DNA of 20,000 nt, taken from NCBI GenBank assembly GCA_051942205.1, contig JAVECO010000045.1, positions 113,766-133,765 of the forward strand, read 5' to 3'. Shown piece by piece: positions 16,509 through 20,000 of this stretch; position 1 is the first letter of the stretch, and every line of letters starts with the position of its first letter. The position numbers and the translations under genes are program-made. The stretch comes from Coniocarpon cinnabarinum. Lineage: Eukaryota. A model generated the notes under the pieces. It saw only the letters and a list, made by a program, of their open reading frames with translations. It was not told the DNA's origin and made no database searches.

Positions 16509-19500
16509 ATGGTCAAGCACTGGGGTTTTCACCAGAAGGACAAGCAGCAATATGTGGAGCTCAGCAATCTCGACTACAAGACTGCCAACATTGAAGAGCG
16601 CTATGCAGAGAGACCTTGGTATCGCAACTTCTCACTAGAGACCTGGAGACCAGTCGTGTGGGCCGGTATGTGTGTGTTTTTGATTGCTTTGCAGGGTCAC
16701 ATCCATGTCTACACATAAGTCACGTGACACTGGTCATCGAGGTCAACATGCTTCAGATCTCACTTCACATGTCCACGATGAACAAGCAAGCTCTTCAGCT
16801 TCTACAGAATGTCGAGTGACATCCAGCTTTTTGACCCTCTGACCAGGCTTTAAAAATCAGCAACAGCAATCTGACAAATCCCACCCAGGTGTCATAATAT
16901 CAAGTTTAGTGCTTGCGGCGAATCTCATTATTCTCTTTGTCGGACTGAGTCTAGACGTGGATGAAGAAGGGACCAGACAACTCTATCATGGCAGTTGTGC
17001 AAGCTCCAGTCAGAGGTATACTGCGTGGCATCTTCTAATCAACGTCTTGAGGTATCTTCAATGATAAACGTCTTTCGTTCATGAATGTTGGCCGATTCTG
17101 ACGTCCTTGTAGCACACTGCTTCTTGGAGCTTCAAATGCAGCAACGCAGATTCTTGCTGCTCCAAGCCGAGCAGAAGTCGACCATGCCCATTCAAAAGGA
17201 AAATGGATGCACATTGGCGTGTTCGATTTTCTCAATTTGAGTTTCATCACTTGGAAAAGAACGATACTCTGTGCACTGATAGCATTAAGCTCCATACCAC
17301 TACATCTTCTGTAAGAAGCCCCACTCGGTTCAGCATCCAAAACATTCGACATGAAATGCTGACTTGACTCAGTTACAACTCTGCGATCTTCAACACCACC
17401 GCCGTGTTCGATTACAATATATTCATGGTCACCCCTGCCTTTGTCAAAGGCGGCAATTTCTCGATTGCTGACGCTGCGGCGGATATGAGAATGTCTTCTC
17501 TTCCTTTCCCTTACGGAGACGTCTATTTTGAAGAGCCCGGCTCAGACTTGACTGGGATCGAAAACAACGTTTCTGCATTACAGCAACAAGCGATGGGGGG
17601 TAATCTTACCTTTCTTACATGGCAGGACTGCATTACTCAATTCAGTACAGATCTGCAGTCAAAGTTTTCGGCAGTGTTGCTCGTGATGAAAGACAATCCA
17701 AGCACAACCAATTCCTTCTGGAGCAGTTTTCCGTACTACCCTCCTGGTTCGCTGCAAGGCGAAGGCCCCTCTTTGAAGGCCTATGCGTGGGTCTGCAACG
17801 GGGCAGAGATATGCGTCCCACAACAAATTCGGGACTCGGGTACCTGGAATTTATCACGAATCTCGGAAGGTTTCAATAGCGACTACGAGGGACAGTCGGA
17901 GACGATTGATCACTGTCTCGCGCGAAGTGTTCAGCAGGCATGCTCAGTGGATGTGAGCATCAACCTCATGGTTGCCGTCATCGTCTGCAATATCATTAAG
18001 CTATGTTGGTACGTACACCGGTCCTAGGATGCTGCTTCTCACACTGACCTCGTGCCAGCTTTCTGCATTGTCTCTCCATTAAAGAGCACAAGCCGCTCAT
18101 CACGGTCGGAGACGCAATCTGCTCTTTTCTTGCCAAATCAGATCCACACTCAGTTGGTCTCGGTCCAGTGTCCAGTCGCGAAGTGCGCAGAGGATCTTTC
18201 CAGGTCCATCGAGACGCGGTGTCCATGGCAAGAACACAACTACCACACCAGCCGCTCGTATTCCCAGGTAAGTCTATCCCGCAGTGTTCAACCATGCGGC
18301 CTTGATCATTAACACTCCATCAACTAGGGAAGCCATGGGAAGGTCGAAGACACAAATACTATTCAGCCGTGAGTCTCGGTCGCTGGATATCTACGGGCGT
18401 ACTTTCCGGGATCATATTTTTTGCCGGGCTTCTGTTACTCATCGGGGGTAAGCATCTAGTTCTAGGAATCGAAAGCTTGGAAGATACAGGTACTGATCAG
18501 AGCGGAGCAGGGGTATCTCAGACCAACTACGGGACGGCGGCATTCAACACCAACCTCGGCTTCAATCCCAGCGGATTACTCCCGGGTAACTTTGGCCTGT
18601 TCAGTGCCATCTTCTCGGCGAACGTCATCCAACTGGCCGTATCGAATGCGTACCTCTTCATCAACAACATATTCACGTGTGCTCTCGTGTCCCAGGAGCT
18701 GTCTGACTACGCGACGGAGAGCAAGATGATGCGAGTGACGCGGCCCCGAGGACCGCAGCGATCGACGTATTGGTTGCAGTTGCCTTATAAGTGGAGTTTA
18801 CCACTGATGGCCATGATGACACTCTTGCACTGGCTCATCTCGGAAGCGCTGTTCATGGTCGACGTGCAGGTTTTTGACCCTGATGGGAGGAAGATCCCGC
18901 CCAATAGCGACTCTTCCGACGGATCATTCTACGGTGAGTGAGCTGCCTTGTCTTGTCTCGCCCTTTCAGCAGCATCTGCTCCTGACTCCTCCACCTCTAC
19001 ACATGATGAGATGAGTTCTGATGCGAAACGTAGGGCTCGCATGGGGACCAACCGCAACACTGTGTGCAGTGGTCGAGGGAGGACTGATCATCTCGTTTGT
19101 GTACGCGTACGGTTTTCGCAAGTTTACGGCCGGGGTGCCGGTGTTCTCCAGCTGCAGCATCGCCATCAGTGCTGGGTGTCACATGTCGACGCAGGAGTAT
19201 GACGACGCCATCTTCCGCCCGCTGAAGTACGGGGTGTTGAAGACTGGGAAGCTTGGGGACGCTCAACCAGTGGGCTTCTCCGCACTCGAGGTGACGCCGC
19301 TGCAGAAGGGAGAGCTGTATGGTGGTACACCGTATGATGATGACGATGATGCTCGTGACGTTACTGCCGCGACCCCACCGACAATTGCCAAACCCGATGC
19401 CTCGCTTACGGCCGAGTCGTCCGAGCAGGCACGTGGCGAGCACACCGAAGAGGCGGCGCTGCTGTCCAGTGGGGAGCAGCCCGCCCAGGCTCGGTCACGG

Positions 19501-19533
19501 ATGGGGTGGCGACGATTGCCATCATTTCAATGA
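16509..19533 (+). CDS. DUF6536-type multi-pass fungal membrane protein, ~822 aa. Exons 16509-16665, 16889-17051, 17113-17310, 17373-18008, 18059-18267, 18328-18933, 19034-19533
   Basis: Spliced product contains family-typical HLLINVLS/TLLLGASN..QILAAPSRAEVDHAH..G.W.HIGV..NL..SSIPLHLL/YNS, CNIIK, PLITVGDAICSFL, QRSTYWLQLPYKWSLPL..LHWLISEALF and SCSIAISAGCH. Six GT..AG introns; 2469 nt in frame. Confidence 0.87.
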
Positions 19534-19842
19534 GTGTGGGACTATGGAGCTTTTGTACATAGGTGCGCTGACGACATGCATTGAAGCAGCGGCAACAGGA
19601 GCGGTCAAGGGTTAGCAGCAGGGCGCGATGCGTCGGTGGCGTGGAGCTGTATAGCTACCCTGGTACTTCTTGCGTTTCGGATGCAGCGCGAACCAGGGTC
19701 CGCGGGGTCCAGCACGTAGGACAAAGCTACGGAATACCTACCTACTGACGTACGTGGGTACCTTCGGAGCTACGCCGCTTGGGCGACAAGGAGTCAAGGA
19801 CGCGTTATCCGTTATCTGGTGCGATGTGAGAGGGGTGGGGCG

Positions 19843-19884
19843 GGCTACAGGCTACAGGCTACAGGCTACAAACTACAGGCTGCA
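19843..19884 (+). repeat. 7-bp tandem repeat (GGCTACA)4 plus 2 imperfect copies
   Basis: ggctaca ggctaca ggctaca ggctaca aactaca ggctgca. Confidence 0.9.
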
Positions 19885-20000
19885 GGCGGATTGATTGTCG
19901 GGCAGGCGGCAGTAGTGGGAGGATCCAGCCGCGGATTGGGAATTGGGGATCCCATCATTCGCCCGTCATTCGCCCAGCGCCCGCTCACGCAATGCCCCCC

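Noticed and set aside
16775..16845. Intronic box C/D snoRNA (CGATGA...CTGA), TPP riboswitch or stwintron
   Set aside because: Box C is non-consensus, with no terminal stem or recognisable rRNA-antisense guide; no TPP aptamer core; no internal splice that rebuilds a donor.
19000..19022. ATGATGA...CTGA in DUF6536 intron 6
   Set aside because: Boxes are under 10 nt apart, and the CTGAT is better explained as the branch site.
2464..19533. Secondary-metabolite gene cluster
   Set aside because: No PKS, NRPS, terpene synthase or RiPP precursor repeat; the genes look like housekeeping or regulatory neighbours.

Overview
Gene-dense eukaryotic DNA from a filamentous ascomycete (Pezizomycotina-type proteins; GT-AG introns mostly 50-75 nt, most with CTRAY branch sites). 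Seven protein-coding genes can be built by hand: (1) the 5' part of a TOR kinase gene on the minus strand, running off the left edge and absent from the ORF track; (2) a 3-exon GRE2/ARI1-like NAD(P)H-dependent aldehyde/keto reductase (-); (3) a 5-exon ~1010-aa C2H2/C2HC zinc-finger protein with a long disordered middle (+); (4) a 1200-aa DUF676 ROG1/LPL1-like lipase (-); (5) a 231-aa single-pass membrane protein (-); (6) a 522-aa DAG-kinase/sphingosine-kinase-like protein (+); (7) a 7-exon ~822-aa DUF6536-type membrane protein (+). No rRNA, tRNA, transposon or CRISPR was seen. The most interesting signals are short linear motifs: an eIF4E-binding-like motif (YEPSELLALRP) in the zinc-finger protein two genes from TOR, an FFAT-like motif at the lipase C-terminus, and NPF/NPFxD endocytic motifs in the small membrane protein. 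There is also a degenerate ~120-135 bp tandem duplication and a TGTA-rich array between convergent 3' ends. Family assignments come from motif recognition, not database searches.
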